A program made the position numbers and the translations under genes. From Bacteroidales bacterium (GTDB lineage: Bacteria; Bacteroidota; Bacteroidia; Bacteroidales; UBA932): DNA of 64,000 nt. Where the stretch lies: positions 373 to 64,372 of the forward strand of contig JAKSKE010000002.1 in NCBI GenBank assembly GCA_024401895.1. Reading direction: 5' to 3'. Below, piece after piece: positions 39,732 to 50,911 of the stretch (position 1 is its first letter; every line of letters starts with the position of its first letter). A model generated the notes under the pieces. That model saw only the letters and a list, made by a program, of their open reading frames with translations, had not been told where the DNA came from and did not search any database.

Positions 39732-41566
39732 AGCCGGTAGAGTTCCAGGACGCGGGGCGTGAAGCCGGAAGAAGGGTTGAGGGCAAGGGCCTTGATATCC
39801 TCTATAGTAGCGTTCGGATGAGCGGCCAGATACTCCCTCAGAAGGTTCAGTTCCCCCTTTGAACCTTTGGCACGGCACACGTCGCAACGGCCGCAGAGAG
39901 TCGAATTTTCCTGCCCGAAATATTTCAAGAGATAGCGGCTCCGGCATTCGGAGTCCTGCGTTACGTAGCCCGCCATAGCCGCGCAACGGTCCCGGTAATT
40001 TTGCAGCAGCATTTCGTAGCGCTGGGGTTGCATATCCACATTCCCTGGCTGCAACCTGTTGTGGTGCAAAACAATAACCGACGAGCGCTCACAGGGAATA
40101 TACTTTATAACGTGTTCCAGGCTCAGACGGTACAGCAGCCGGTGAAGATGCTCCACGCTCACGCCGCACGCGGCACAGAAGCGTTCCTCGTTTATGCATA
40201 CCGCAAAGCTGAATATTCCGGGGTAACCGCGCATAAGCGCCTCCAGCACATCGCCCAGGAGCGGGTCATCGAACACCAGGTCGTTCAGCTCGTTGCGGGA
40301 ACGGACAATTTGCACGCGAGTGGGAATGTCCACGTCTTCGGAATAGGTGATATGACCCGACCTTTCCAGATAAACCAGAGAATAATGCACGCGTGAACGT
40401 TCCAGCTTGAAATGGGCACAGAATTCTGCCAGGTCGAACTTGACCTGACGGTTCTCCCCCTGGTCGTATGGTATGGAATTGTATATGTGCAGTTTCTGGT
40501 AAACGTCGGCTATGTATTCCAGCTCGGGAAAACTTGTCCTTTCCAATTTCGAGGCCCGCTGCAGGTCGGTCCGGTTCCACAGCAGCACGGCATAGGAAGT
40601 CTTGCCGTCCCTCCCGGCACGGCCGGCCTCCTGGAAATATGCCTCGGGGCTTTCGGGCAAATCCATATGGATTACAAGCCGCACGTCCGGTTTGTCAATG
40701 CCCATACCGAATGCATTGGTGCACACCATAATTCGTATTTCTCCCCGCTTCCAGGCCTCCTGTCTTGAAGCCCTGGCCTGCGGCCCCAGCCCGGCGTGAT
40801 AGAAGGCCACGCTCAGACCTTCGGCCTTGAGCCGGGCAGACAGTTCCTCACATTTACTGCGGCTTCGAAGATATATTATGCCGGAGCCGGGGACCGAATT
40901 GCACACCGTCAGAACCTGCCCCAACTTGTCGGAGCACTCCCGCACTATGTAATTCAGGTTTTCCCTCTCGAAGCCCGATTTCATAAGGGTAAACTCCCTG
41001 CCATCGGCGGAGAGCCTGTCCATTATGTCCTGCGCAACCCTGGGAGTAGCCGTTGCGGTAAGCGCTATGACAGGAGCATCCACCGCCCTTCGCAACTCCC
41101 CTATCTGCAGGTAATCGGGGCGGAAGTCGTAGCCCCACTGAGAGATACAGTGCGCCTCGTCAACAACTATATAGTTGATATTCAGCACTTCAAGATAAGA
41201 CTTAAACAGTGCGGTGCCAAGGCGTTCGGGCGAAACATAAAGGAACTTGAAGTCGCCGTATGCGGCATTGTTCAGGGCCAGATCTATCTCTCTGCGGGTC
41301 ATTCCGGCATACAGGGCCACGGCCCTGATTCCGCGTGCTTCGAGATTCTGCACCTGATCCTTCATAAGGGCTATGAGCGGCGTAACCACCAGCGCCAGCC
41401 CCTCCTTCATAAGACAGGGCACCTGAAAACATACCGACTTGCCGCCGCCCGTAGGCAGAATCGCAAGCACGTCACCTCCGTCCAGGGCACGGTCAATGAT
41501 TTCCTTCTGCATTGGGCGGAAGGAATCGTGACCCCAGTACTTTTTAAGCGTTTCAAGTGCATCCAT
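39719..41566 (-). CDS. recQ: RecQ family ATP-dependent DNA helicase (no HRDC domain)
   Basis: PTGGGKS, DEAHC, SQWGYDFRP, QEAGRAGRDG and a Zn-binding Cys region. Start moved to 41566 because a TAAATTTG box at 41574-41581 abuts the ATG at 41572. Confidence 0.9.
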   Translation of the reverse strand: MDALETLKKYWGHDSFRPMQKEIIDRALDGGDVLAILPTGGGKSVCFQVPCLMKEGLALVVTPLIALMKDQVQNLEARGIRAVALYAGMTRREIDLALNNAAYGDFKFLYVSPERLGTALFKSYLEVLNINYIVVDEAHCISQWGYDFRPDYLQIGELRRAVDAPVIALTATATPRVAQDIMDRLSADGREFTLMKSGFERENLNYIVRECSDKLGQVLTVCNSVPGSGIIYLRSRSKCEELSARLKAEGLSVAFYHAGLGPQARASRQEAWKRGEIRIMVCTNAFGMGIDKPDVRLVIHMDLPESPEAYFQEAGRAGRDGKTSYAVLLWNRTDLQRASKLERTSFPELEYIADVYQKLHIYNSIPYDQGENRQVKFDLAEFCAHFKLERSRVHYSLVYLERSGHITYSEDVDIPTRVQIVRSRNELNDLVFDDPLLGDVLEALMRGYPGIFSFAVCINEERFCAACGVSVEHLHRLLYRLSLEHVIKYIPCERSSVIVLHHNRLQPGNVDMQPQRYEMLLQNYRDRCAAMAGYVTQDSECRSRYLLKYFGQENSTLCGRCDVCRAKGSKGELNLLREYLAAHPNATIEDIKALALNPSSGFTPRVLELYRLLSR

Positions 41567-41622
41567 AAGCATACAAATTTAAATGATTTTGCGTACATTT
41601 ACACAATCAAAACCCATAACCA

Positions 41623-44058
41623 ATGAATAAAAAAATCCTTCTGACCATAATGGCCATCATATTGCCTTGGGCCATTACCGCACAGACCCACAGTGAGTTC
41701 CTGTCTGAAATCAGAGAATCGGGATACATTCACAAACCGCTGAAGCTACATCCCGAAAACTCGGTGGAAGCCTTCGGACTTACTAAAAAAGTACTGCGCA
41801 GCGACGTGCTGTGCGATATGGAGAGCCTGGACGGATGGTCTCACCGCGGCCACGGAAGCATAGGCCTCTGCGACGAGAGGGCTGTGAGCGGCAGCTACAG
41901 CCTTAGGATGAGCGCGCCTTCAATGCCTACGGGGAGTGCCCCCGGAATAGGCCGCGGCTCCTGTTTTGCAGAATTCGACACGGGCGGGCAGGACTGGACC
42001 GCATACAACCGCATACGGCTGAGTGTCTTTCCGCAGTGCGAAGGAATGCGCAGCATTTATTTGAATCTCTGCTTTACCAATGACGGACAAGTGAAGGTTC
42101 CCGACAAATACGGTCGCGAAGGGCAGCACGAGATTAACCTCAGGAACAACGAATGGAACGACTGTATTCTGGAATTCCCCGAACTTCCCAGAGACAGGAT
42201 AACCCGCATAAGCCTTGTAATCGAGATATTCGGGCGCGAACTCACCCAGGGGGACTCCATTATCGTGGACATCGATGACATCCGTCTGGAAAAAATAGAA
42301 CAGCCCGAAGTTGCAAAAGGCTGGCATCCGGGCAAGGGCCGCATCACCGTCTCGGGCACCGGCTATACCACCGGAGCGCAGAAAACCGCAGTAATCGGGG
42401 CCTCCAGGGCCGAAGAACGGTTTGAGATCATAGACTGCGCCTCCGAGAAGCCTGTATTTAAGGGCAGGACCGCCGGAACCACCACCGTCAACGGCCGTTT
42501 TGTGACCGCCGATTTCTCGGCTCTGACCACCCCGGGAGAGTATTTTCTCAAACTTGGGAAACTCAAGTCATCGGTTTTCAGAATCGACGACAATGTATGG
42601 GAAGACTCGGCCTGGAGAATGATAAACTTCCTCTTCTGCGAACGCTGCGGCTATCCGGTTCCGGGCAAGCACGGCACCTGCCATTCCGACATTCATATCG
42701 ACTATGACGGCAAAATAATACCTATTCACGGAGGCTGGCACGATGCCGGGGATATGGCCCAGCAGACCCTTCAGACCGGAGAAATCTCTTACAGTCTGCT
42801 GCAAATGGCGCAGACGGCTCAAAAGAAAGGTAACCTGGAACTATACAACCGCCTTGTAGAAGAAGCGATGTGGGGTATGGACTTTGTCCTGCGCTCCCGC
42901 CTGGGCGACGGTGTACGAATGATTTCCTGGGGCACCAACCTATGGACCGACGGAATTCTGGGAACCTGGGACGATTCCGGAGGAAGGGTCTGCAATGTCT
43001 ATAACGGCGCTTACGAGAATTTCGTGCTTTCCGGCATAGAAGCCTATGCTGCAATGGTGCTGCAGGACGACCCCGAGATGGTTGTCAAGCTCACCGACAG
43101 TGCCATACAGGACTTCCAGTGGGGGCTTGAGCGCTACAACGAGGCCGGTTACAGTGAACTGCAGACCGCAAAGAAGCTGCACGCCAAGAACACTCCGGAA
43201 AGCCAGTACAATGCCAGTGTATCCTGGGCGGCCAGTATGCTGTACAAACTGACGGCATCTGATTTCTACGCGCAGCAGGCCGTGCGTTTCATAGAGCTTC
43301 CGCTTCAATGCCAGCGCACCGAGCCTGTAGGGCAGGGCCTGAAGGGATTCTTCTACGGCGACAGCTCCCGCAACAGCGGAGTGCACTATAACCACAAATC
43401 CAGGGACTACGCCTTTATGGAGGCGCTCGACGCTCTGTGCGAGACGCAGGGAGGGCATCCCGACTACGGCCGCTGGATGAACGCCGTAGAACTGTACGGA
43501 GGATATCTGAAGGACATTATGAAATACACCGCGCCCTACGGAATGGTTCCAAGCGGAGTTTACAACATTCACGAAGTGGACTATCCCGAACTCTTCTACC
43601 CCTGGCAGCTCGGAGCGCCCCGCGACAGCAGCGCCGCCCTTGAGTACTATGCGCAGCTGGGCAACGGGGTGAAGCTTGACGAAGAGTACTACCTGCGCCG
43701 TTTCCCCGTATGGTATTCGTTCCGCGGCAATACCGTGGTAAGCCTTTCCACCGGCAAGGCCGCGGCCATCTGCGCACGCGTGCTGGGCGACCGCGAACTC
43801 AGGGACATAGCCGAAAAACAGCTGAGCTGGGTAGTGGGACTGAACCCCTTCGGGCAATCGCTCATTTACGGCGAGGGAGCATTCTGGGGGCAGCTCTACA
43901 ATGCTCTCCCCGGCGAGATGACGGGCGAAATTCCGGTGGGAATACAGGCTCTGGGGAACGAGGACGTACCGTACTGGCCACAATTCAACGTAGCCACCCC
44001 CAAGGAAGTCTTCGGGCTCACGGCGTCGCGCTGGCTTATGCTTATTTCAGAATTCTGA
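41623..44058 (+). CDS. Secreted GH9-like glycoside hydrolase with extra N-terminal beta-sandwich domain
   Basis: Signal peptide, Ig-like DFSALTTPGEY, GGWHDAGD and WVVGLNPFGQS motifs. Confidence 0.75.
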   Translation: MNKKILLTIMAIILPWAITAQTHSEFLSEIRESGYIHKPLKLHPENSVEAFGLTKKVLRSDVLCDMESLDGWSHRGHGSIGLCDERAVSGSYSLRMSAPSMPTGSAPGIGRGSCFAEFDTGGQDWTAYNRIRLSVFPQCEGMRSIYLNLCFTNDGQVKVPDKYGREGQHEINLRNNEWNDCILEFPELPRDRITRISLVIEIFGRELTQGDSIIVDIDDIRLEKIEQPEVAKGWHPGKGRITVSGTGYTTGAQKTAVIGASRAEERFEIIDCASEKPVFKGRTAGTTTVNGRFVTADFSALTTPGEYFLKLGKLKSSVFRIDDNVWEDSAWRMINFLFCERCGYPVPGKHGTCHSDIHIDYDGKIIPIHGGWHDAGDMAQQTLQTGEISYSLLQMAQTAQKKGNLELYNRLVEEAMWGMDFVLRSRLGDGVRMISWGTNLWTDGILGTWDDSGGRVCNVYNGAYENFVLSGIEAYAAMVLQDDPEMVVKLTDSAIQDFQWGLERYNEAGYSELQTAKKLHAKNTPESQYNASVSWAASMLYKLTASDFYAQQAVRFIELPLQCQRTEPVGQGLKGFFYGDSSRNSGVHYNHKSRDYAFMEALDALCETQGGHPDYGRWMNAVELYGGYLKDIMKYTAPYGMVPSGVYNIHEVDYPELFYPWQLGAPRDSSAALEYYAQLGNGVKLDEEYYLRRFPVWYSFRGNTVVSLSTGKAAAICARVLGDRELRDIAEKQLSWVVGLNPFGQSLIYGEGAFWGQLYNALPGEMTGEIPVGIQALGNEDVPYWPQFNVATPKEVFGLTASRWLMLISEF

Positions 44059-44098
44059 AAATAAGAAAAAAGGCCTTTGAAAGGAGTCAAATTTATAT

Positions 44099-44106
44099 TA
44101 AATTTG
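44099..44106 (+). promoter_or_regulatory. -7 promoter box (TAAATTTG) for pckA
   Basis: Consensus match upstream of an A-rich leader. Confidence 0.55.
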
Positions 44107-44144
44107 TGCCGCAAAAATTCAAACAAACTTATTTCAAATAAAAA

Positions 44145-45749
44145 ATGGCAAATATCTGTTTAAACAAGTACGGCATCAAGGATGTTAAGGAGATTGTTTA
44201 CAATCCCACATACGAGGTGCTTTTCAATGAGGAGACTCGCCCCGAGCTGGAAGGTTATGAAAAGGCTCAGGAAACCGAGCTCGGTGCACTCAACGTTATG
44301 ACCGGTATCTATACCGGACGTTCTCCCAAAGACAAATACATAGTTATGGACGAGAACTCCAAGGACACCGTATGGTGGGATTCCGAGGAGTATCACAACG
44401 ACAACCATCCTATGAACGAAGCAGTATGGGCAGAAGTGAAGAAACTCGCTCTGGACCAGCTCTGCGGCAAGAAACTCTACGTTGTGGACGGTTTCTGCGG
44501 CACCAACGAAGACACCCGTATGAAGGTTCGCTTCATTATGGAGGTTGCCTGGCAGGCCCACTTCGTAACAAATATGTTCATCCGTCCCAAGAATCAGGCA
44601 GAATTTGACCAGGAGCCCGATTTCATCGTTTACGCAGCTTCAAAGGCTAAGGTGGACAATTATCAGGAACTTGGACTGCGCAGCGACACCTGCGTGGCTT
44701 TCAACGTTTCAAGCAAGGAGCAGGTTATCCTCAACACCTGGTACGGCGGAGAAATGAAGAAAGGTATGTTCTCTATGATGAACTACTTCCTTCCCCTCAA
44801 GGGCATCGCAGCAATGCACTGCTCGGCCAACACCGATATGAACGGCGAGAACACAGCCATCTTCTTCGGCCTCTCAGGAACCGGAAAGACCACCCTTTCC
44901 ACCGACCCCAAGCGCAAGCTCATCGGCGATGACGAACACGGCTGGGACGACCACGGAGTATTCAACTTCGAAGGCGGCTGCTACGCAAAGGTAATCAAGC
45001 TGGACAAGGAGTCTGAACCCGACATCTACAACGCAATCCATCGCGACGCTCTCCTCGAGAACGTTACCGTTGACGGCGAAGGCAAAATTGACTTCAACGA
45101 CAAGAGCGTTACCGAGAACACCCGCGTAAGCTATCCTATCTACCATATCAAGAACATTGTACGCCCCCTGAGCGCAGGTCCCGCCGCAAAGCAGGTCATT
45201 TTCCTGTCGGCCGATGCATTCGGAGTTCTTCCTCCGGTGTCAATCCTCACTCCCGAGCAGTGCAAGTACTATTTCCTTTCCGGATTCACTGCCAAGCTTG
45301 CAGGAACCGAGCGCGGAATCACCGAGCCCACTCCTACATTCTCGGCTTGCTTCGGACAGGCATTCCTGGAGCTCCATCCTACAAAGTATGCCGAAGAGCT
45401 TGTTAAGAGAATGCAGCAGAGCGGCGCCAAGGCTTATCTGGTAAATACCGGATGGAACGGCACCGGCAAGCGTATCTCTATCCGCGACACCCGCGGTATC
45501 ATTGACGCTATTCTGGACGGCAGCATCGACAAGGCTCCCACCAAGAACATCCCTTATTTCAACTTTGAGGTTCCCACCGAACTCAAGGGTGTAGATACCG
45601 GTATTCTTGATCCTCGCGACACCTACAAGTGCGCTTGCGAATGGGAGGAGAAGGCAAAAGACCTTGCCGGACGCTTCATCAAGAACTTCAAGAAATACGA
45701 AAGCAACGAGGCCGGAAAGGCTTTGGTTGCCGCAGGTCCTCAACTTTAA
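44145..45749 (+). CDS. pckA: Phosphoenolpyruvate carboxykinase (ATP)
   Basis: [26 protein letters not shown] and ENTR motifs. Confidence 0.97.
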   Translation: MANICLNKYGIKDVKEIVYNPTYEVLFNEETRPELEGYEKAQETELGALNVMTGIYTGRSPKDKYIVMDENSKDTVWWDSEEYHNDNHPMNEAVWAEVKKLALDQLCGKKLYVVDGFCGTNEDTRMKVRFIMEVAWQAHFVTNMFIRPKNQAEFDQEPDFIVYAASKAKVDNYQELGLRSDTCVAFNVSSKEQVILNTWYGGEMKKGMFSMMNYFLPLKGIAAMHCSANTDMNGENTAIFFGLSGTGKTTLSTDPKRKLIGDDEHGWDDHGVFNFEGGCYAKVIKLDKESEPDIYNAIHRDALLENVTVDGEGKIDFNDKSVTENTRVSYPIYHIKNIVRPLSAGPAAKQVIFLSADAFGVLPPVSILTPEQCKYYFLSGFTAKLAGTERGITEPTPTFSACFGQAFLELHPTKYAEELVKRMQQSGAKAYLVNTGWNGTGKRISIRDTRGIIDAILDGSIDKAPTKNIPYFNFEVPTELKGVDTGILDPRDTYKCACEWEEKAKDLAGRFIKNFKKYESNEAGKALVAAGPQL

Positions 45750-46510
45750 TGAAGAGAATATTTACAGTATTGGCACTGTTGATGGTTATCAGCAGTGCCT
45801 TATTCGCTCAGGAGCGCGAATACACGAAAAAAGTCTTCCACGCGTCCAACGGACTCGATCTTCCCTACAAGATTCTCTATCCCGAGAATTTTGACCCCAA
45901 CTCTACTTACCCTATGATGGTTTTCCTCCACGGCAGCGGCGAAAGAGGAACCGACAACGATGCGCAGACTTTCCACGGAGGCAAGCTCTTCGCATCCAGC
46001 GAGGAACTCAAGGGCGTAATTTTCATCGCTCCCCAGTGCCCCTGGCACGACTACTGGGCCCCCGTTAACAGCGGCGAGGGAAAGGTTGAGCATTTCCCCC
46101 AATACGCTCCCATAACCAAGGCTCTCGAGGCTGTCAAGGAACTTATGGACAGCTTCATCAATCTGGGATTTGTAAATACCGACCGCATCTACGGCACCGG
46201 TCTTTCTATGGGCGCATTCGGAATATTCGACCTCACTTTGCGCTACCCCGACTTTTTTGCGGCCGTGCAGCCCATCTGCGGAGGCGTGAACGTTTACCGG
46301 TGCAGCCGCTATAACGGGCGCACCGCATTCCGCATCTTCCACGGACTTGCCGACAAGTCGGTCAATCCCAAATATTCCATCCAGGCCAACGACGTGCTCC
46401 GTTCCTGGGGAATCGACTGTGAGCTGGTGACCTACCCCGGAGTAGGACACGCAAGCTGGCACAATGCATTCAAGGAAAGCGATTTCATAAGCTGGATGCT
46501 TAAGCACTGA
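45749..46510 (+). CDS. Secreted esterase/phospholipase-like alpha/beta hydrolase
   Basis: Signal peptide, FLHGSGERG, GLSMG, FHGLAD and YPGVGH motifs; TAATG coupling to pckA. Confidence 0.82.
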   Translation: MKRIFTVLALLMVISSALFAQEREYTKKVFHASNGLDLPYKILYPENFDPNSTYPMMVFLHGSGERGTDNDAQTFHGGKLFASSEELKGVIFIAPQCPWHDYWAPVNSGEGKVEHFPQYAPITKALEAVKELMDSFINLGFVNTDRIYGTGLSMGAFGIFDLTLRYPDFFAAVQPICGGVNVYRCSRYNGRTAFRIFHGLADKSVNPKYSIQANDVLRSWGIDCELVTYPGVGHASWHNAFKESDFISWMLKH

Positions 46511-46518
46511 CATCCATT

Positions 46519-48603
46519 ATGGGAGAGCTCGGGAGCAATATCCAGTACTTGAGCGGAGTGGGGCCCAAGCGGGCCGCTCTCCTTAAAAGCGAACTCGGAA
46601 TCGAAACCCTGAGCGATCTCATTCACTTCTACCCTTTCCGATACATAGACAGGAGCCGGGTTGTACCTATTGCACAGGTGCAGCCCGACCTTGCTTATGT
46701 GCAAATCAAAGCCACCGTAATAAAGGTGGATGAAGTCCCTCACAAAAGGTTGAGCGTGATTGTAGAGGATGACAGCGGGCGTATGGAGCTCGTTTTTTTC
46801 AAGGGAATAAACTGGAACAAGTCGCGCCTTATACCGGGAAGCAGCTTCATATTCTTCGGCAAGCCGCAGACCTTTTCGGGAAAGATAAATATGGTTCACC
46901 CCGAGGTGGATCCCGTTCAGGAAGGGCTTATGCAGGGCGGGCTTACCGGAGTGTATCCCAGTACTGAAAAGCTCAAGAGCAGCGGAATCACAGGGAAGGT
47001 TATGTGCAAGTTGCAGGCCGCCGCGCTGGGGCTCTGCCTGCCGGAACTGGAGGAGACTCTGCCCGAATATGTGCTCGCAGAAAACGCGCTGTGCCCTCTG
47101 TCCTATGCCATCCGCAACATACATTTCCCAAAAGACGAATATGCCCTGCAGAAGGCACAGCGACGGCTCAAGTTCGAAGAACTCTTCCTGTTGCAGCTGA
47201 GCCTTCTGAAACAGAAATACGTAAGGACCGCTGCCAGCCGCGGAATTCTTATGAAAGCGGTTGGAGAAGAGTTTCGGGCGTGCTTCAATGCCCTTCCGTA
47301 TTCACTTACCGGAGCCCAGCAGAGGGTGATAAAGGAAATCCGGGCCGACCTTATGAGCGGCCACCAGATGAACCGCCTGCTCCAGGGAGACGTGGGTTCC
47401 GGAAAGACACTGGTTGCAGTGATGAGCTGCCTTCTGGCCGTAGGAAACGGCTTCCAGGCCTGCATTATGGCCCCTACCGAAGTGCTTGCCCAGCAGCATT
47501 TTGCAAACATTCAGAAATTTCTCGCGCCCACCGGGGTACGCAGCGCCCTGCTTACCGGCAGTTCCACGGTCAAAGAACGGAGGATTATTGACGCAGGACT
47601 CAGGGACGGCAGCATAGGAATCATTGTGGGCACGCACGCTCTCATTGAAGATTCGGTCTCGTTCGCATCGCTGGGGCTGTGCGTTATTGACGAGCAGCAC
47701 CGTTTCGGGGTTGACCAGAGGTCCAAGCTCTGGAGCAAATCGGCCGTGCCGCCGCATATCCTGGTTATGACCGCCACTCCCATTCCCCGCACCCTGGCTA
47801 TGACCCTTTACGGAGACCTTGACATTAGCGTTCTGGATGAGATGCCTCCCGGCCGCAAGCCTGTTCAGACAATGCTCATAACCCCACAGCGCAAGGGAGC
47901 GATGTACGAGTTTATCCGCAAGCAGATAGCCTCCGGCAGACAGGCGTTCATTGTGTATCCTATGATTTTCGAGAACGAAAAGCTGGATATTAGCAACGTA
48001 GAGCAGGGATACGAAGAGATTATGAAGGAATTTCCGCTGCCCCGGTATAAGGTAGCGCTGGTACACGGGCAGCAGAAGTCGGAGGACAAGGCTTTCAATA
48101 TGGATGCCTTTGCTGCCGGTAGGGCCAACATTCTGGTAGCCACCACCGTCATTGAGGTTGGAGTGGACGTTCCGAACGCCAGCGTAATGGTCATTGAAAG
48201 TGCCGAGCGCTTCGGGCTCAGCCAGTTGCATCAGCTTCGGGGACGGGTAGGCCGCGGGGCCGAGAAGTCCTACTGCATTATGGTGGGAGGGCCTAAAATC
48301 TCGGCCGATGCCCACAACCGGCTCCAGTTGATGGTGGACACCGAGGACGGATTCCGCATTGCCGAAGAAGATATGCGGATGCGGGGTCCCGGAGACCTTG
48401 AGGGAACTCAGCAGAGCGGGCTTCCCGTTGAGCTTTCAATAGCATCTCTCGCCCGGGACGGTATTCTTCTTTCGGAGGCCCGCGCATACGCCCAGTCTGT
48501 CCTTGAGAAGGATCCCGGGCTGAATGACAAGCGGAACGCCCTTCTGGTTCGGGAGCTCCGCAAGAACAAGTATAACGTTAAAGATTACAGCGCCATCAGT
48601 TGA
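46519..48603 (+). CDS. recG: ATP-dependent DNA helicase RecG
   Basis: QGDVGSGKT, DEQHRFG, TATPIPRT and QLRGRVGRG motifs. Confidence 0.96.
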   Translation: MGELGSNIQYLSGVGPKRAALLKSELGIETLSDLIHFYPFRYIDRSRVVPIAQVQPDLAYVQIKATVIKVDEVPHKRLSVIVEDDSGRMELVFFKGINWNKSRLIPGSSFIFFGKPQTFSGKINMVHPEVDPVQEGLMQGGLTGVYPSTEKLKSSGITGKVMCKLQAAALGLCLPELEETLPEYVLAENALCPLSYAIRNIHFPKDEYALQKAQRRLKFEELFLLQLSLLKQKYVRTAASRGILMKAVGEEFRACFNALPYSLTGAQQRVIKEIRADLMSGHQMNRLLQGDVGSGKTLVAVMSCLLAVGNGFQACIMAPTEVLAQQHFANIQKFLAPTGVRSALLTGSSTVKERRIIDAGLRDGSIGIIVGTHALIEDSVSFASLGLCVIDEQHRFGVDQRSKLWSKSAVPPHILVMTATPIPRTLAMTLYGDLDISVLDEMPPGRKPVQTMLITPQRKGAMYEFIRKQIASGRQAFIVYPMIFENEKLDISNVEQGYEEIMKEFPLPRYKVALVHGQQKSEDKAFNMDAFAAGRANILVATTVIEVGVDVPNASVMVIESAERFGLSQLHQLRGRVGRGAEKSYCIMVGGPKISADAHNRLQLMVDTEDGFRIAEEDMRMRGPGDLEGTQQSGLPVELSIASLARDGILLSEARAYAQSVLEKDPGLNDKRNALLVRELRKNKYNVKDYSAIS

Positions 48604-48619
48604 CAGGCGGAATGTCCCG

Positions 48620-50881
48620 TCAGCTGCAAGCGGTGTACCATTCGACAGAAGATTTCTCTCCCGCAATCCAAACTGTATCGCCCAGCGAAATAATCTGCTC
48701 CGGTGAAGGATTCGTAATATGGTGGCCTTCCTTGTCCAGCATATTTACAATCATACAGGAATTCTTGCGCATATCCAGCTGCCTGAGCGTCTTTCCCAGA
48801 AGCAGGGAATCCTTTCCGACAACCACCGACTCCACAATGAACTCCTCATTTTCGGACGGTTGAACATCGGAGAGTTCCTGAATCATCTCGGCAAACTTGT
48901 CCAGTTGAGACTTGGCACCTACAGCCAGAATGACGTCGCCAGGGTAAATGTTCTCATCTCCACCGGGAATAATGATGGACCTTGTGCCTCTGAGTATCTT
49001 AATGATATTGATTCCTGCATTGCGTCTGAAAGGCATCTCCCGCAAAGGCTTTCCTATATACCTGAATTCCGGAGAAATGGTGAAATTGTGAATTGTAATA
49101 TCGTAGTCTGCAAGCTTTTCATTGATAGCCGACGACACGGGAGCCGCCTTTCTTTCCAATTCCTCCTTTAAATTCAAGTTTTCAAGGAAAGTTGTCTCCA
49201 GCCTGCTTATCTTGGACGCCGACTTCTTTGCAATATACACGAACAGCAGCACCTCCAGGATAAACAGAATCAATATCGCCCACCAGGCAAGCTTGAAATG
49301 GCTGAGAATAACCGCGAATACAAACAAGCTGGCAAGAATTGCCCTGAAGGCTATCAAAGCCAGCAACGGCCACCTGTTTGCAGAATTTCTGGACAGCAGG
49401 ATGTCGGCCGACGACCTTACCGAGCGGCCGCTTACAACCATACCGTAAATGAACGGCGAGATGAGCGCCAGAGTGATTAGCAGATTGATCCATTTGATCA
49501 GCCGCTCCGACATACTGAAGCTGGCAAGACCGTCCAGGAGTGAAGGCAGATAGGTCCTGCAGGCGAGGATTACAGCTATTGTTATTACGCTGTAAAGCGC
49601 GATTCTAATGAAATACTTCTTGAGCAGTTTGCGCCATTCATCCTGCTCGGCCTTGGAATTCTGCCGGTTGTCGGACTTGGAATTAAAGATTGCTAGGACC
49701 TTGGCGGGCAGTTTCCGGTCAACCCAGGCGGCCACCGGATCTCCAAGCCGGATAAGAAAAGGAGTGGCGATGATGGTGATTACCGAGGCCGAAATAATGA
49801 CCGGATAAATGAATTCCCTCATAACTCCGAGGCTGCATCCGAGACCCGCGAGAATAAACGAGAATTCTCCCAGCTGGGCCATTGTGAATCCGGTATGGAT
49901 GGAATTGTTCACGCCCTGGCCCGAAAGCAAGGTACCGAAGGTGCTGAACAGGAATATTCCCACAACTGCAGAAAGCGCTATGACAATGATGACTACCCAG
50001 TACTGGGCAATGATTGAAGGGTCAACCATCATTCCCACCGACACAAAGAAAATTGCGCCGAACAGGTCCTTGATTTTGGATGTCAGAGATTCAATCTGCT
50101 TTCCTTCCACCGTTTCGGACAGAAGCGAGCCCATCACGAATGCACCGAGGGCCGAACTGAATCCGGCCAGATTGGCCAGGACAACCATACCGAAGCAAAG
50201 GCCTATGCCCACAATCATCAGAATCTCGTCGTTCAGGAATCTCTTTGCCTTCTTGAGAATCAACGGAATGAGACAAATGCCTACCAGGAACCACAGAATG
50301 AGGAAGAACACCAGCTTCAGGATTCCCATAATCATATCCTTTCCCTCGAACCGGCCGGTCACCGCCATTGCCGACAGCAGCACCATAAGCAGAATGGCAA
50401 AGAGGTCCTCGAAAACAAGGGCGCCAAAAATCTGAGGGGCGTAGGGCTTGCCCATAAGGTTCATATCGCCATAGGCCTTTATGATGATGGTGGTGGAACT
50501 CATTCCCATAAGTCCTCCCAGGAATATTCCTTCCATCGTACTCCAGCCCAGAAGATTGCTCAGAGTGATTCCCACTATGAACATTCCGGTGCAGGTGATG
50601 CCGGCCGTTATAAGGGCATTGCTACCTATCTTCAACAGTTTCTTGAAACTGAAATCGAGGCCAAGGCCGAACATAAGGAATATGATACCTATTTCTGACC
50701 ATTCATTTATGGACTCGGTACTGAACTGCGGAAACAGGCCCAGGTGTGGCCCCACCAGGAATCCGGCTACCACATAGCCAAGGATGGCAGGTTGTTTTGC
50801 GGCCTTTGAAAGAATGGTGAACACTCCGGCCGCAATGAGAATGATTGCAAGTTCAGTTACAAGATGTAGATTTTCAGGCAT
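48620..50881 (-). CDS. CPA2 cation:proton antiporter with two TrkA-C (RCK-C) domains
   Basis: SSTTIIIK, LVFED, FFVSVG and QLGEFSF motifs plus C-terminal RCK-C repeats. Confidence 0.9.
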   Translation of the reverse strand: MPENLHLVTELAIILIAAGVFTILSKAAKQPAILGYVVAGFLVGPHLGLFPQFSTESINEWSEIGIIFLMFGLGLDFSFKKLLKIGSNALITAGITCTGMFIVGITLSNLLGWSTMEGIFLGGLMGMSSTTIIIKAYGDMNLMGKPYAPQIFGALVFEDLFAILLMVLLSAMAVTGRFEGKDMIMGILKLVFFLILWFLVGICLIPLILKKAKRFLNDEILMIVGIGLCFGMVVLANLAGFSSALGAFVMGSLLSETVEGKQIESLTSKIKDLFGAIFFVSVGMMVDPSIIAQYWVVIIVIALSAVVGIFLFSTFGTLLSGQGVNNSIHTGFTMAQLGEFSFILAGLGCSLGVMREFIYPVIISASVITIIATPFLIRLGDPVAAWVDRKLPAKVLAIFNSKSDNRQNSKAEQDEWRKLLKKYFIRIALYSVITIAVILACRTYLPSLLDGLASFSMSERLIKWINLLITLALISPFIYGMVVSGRSVRSSADILLSRNSANRWPLLALIAFRAILASLFVFAVILSHFKLAWWAILILFILEVLLFVYIAKKSASKISRLETTFLENLNLKEELERKAAPVSSAINEKLADYDITIHNFTISPEFRYIGKPLREMPFRRNAGINIIKILRGTRSIIIPGGDENIYPGDVILAVGAKSQLDKFAEMIQELSDVQPSENEEFIVESVVVGKDSLLLGKTLRQLDMRKNSCMIVNMLDKEGHHITNPSPEQIISLGDTVWIAGEKSSVEWYTACS

Positions 50882-50911
50882 TGTTTTCTACGTTTGACAG
50901 ACTGGGATTCA

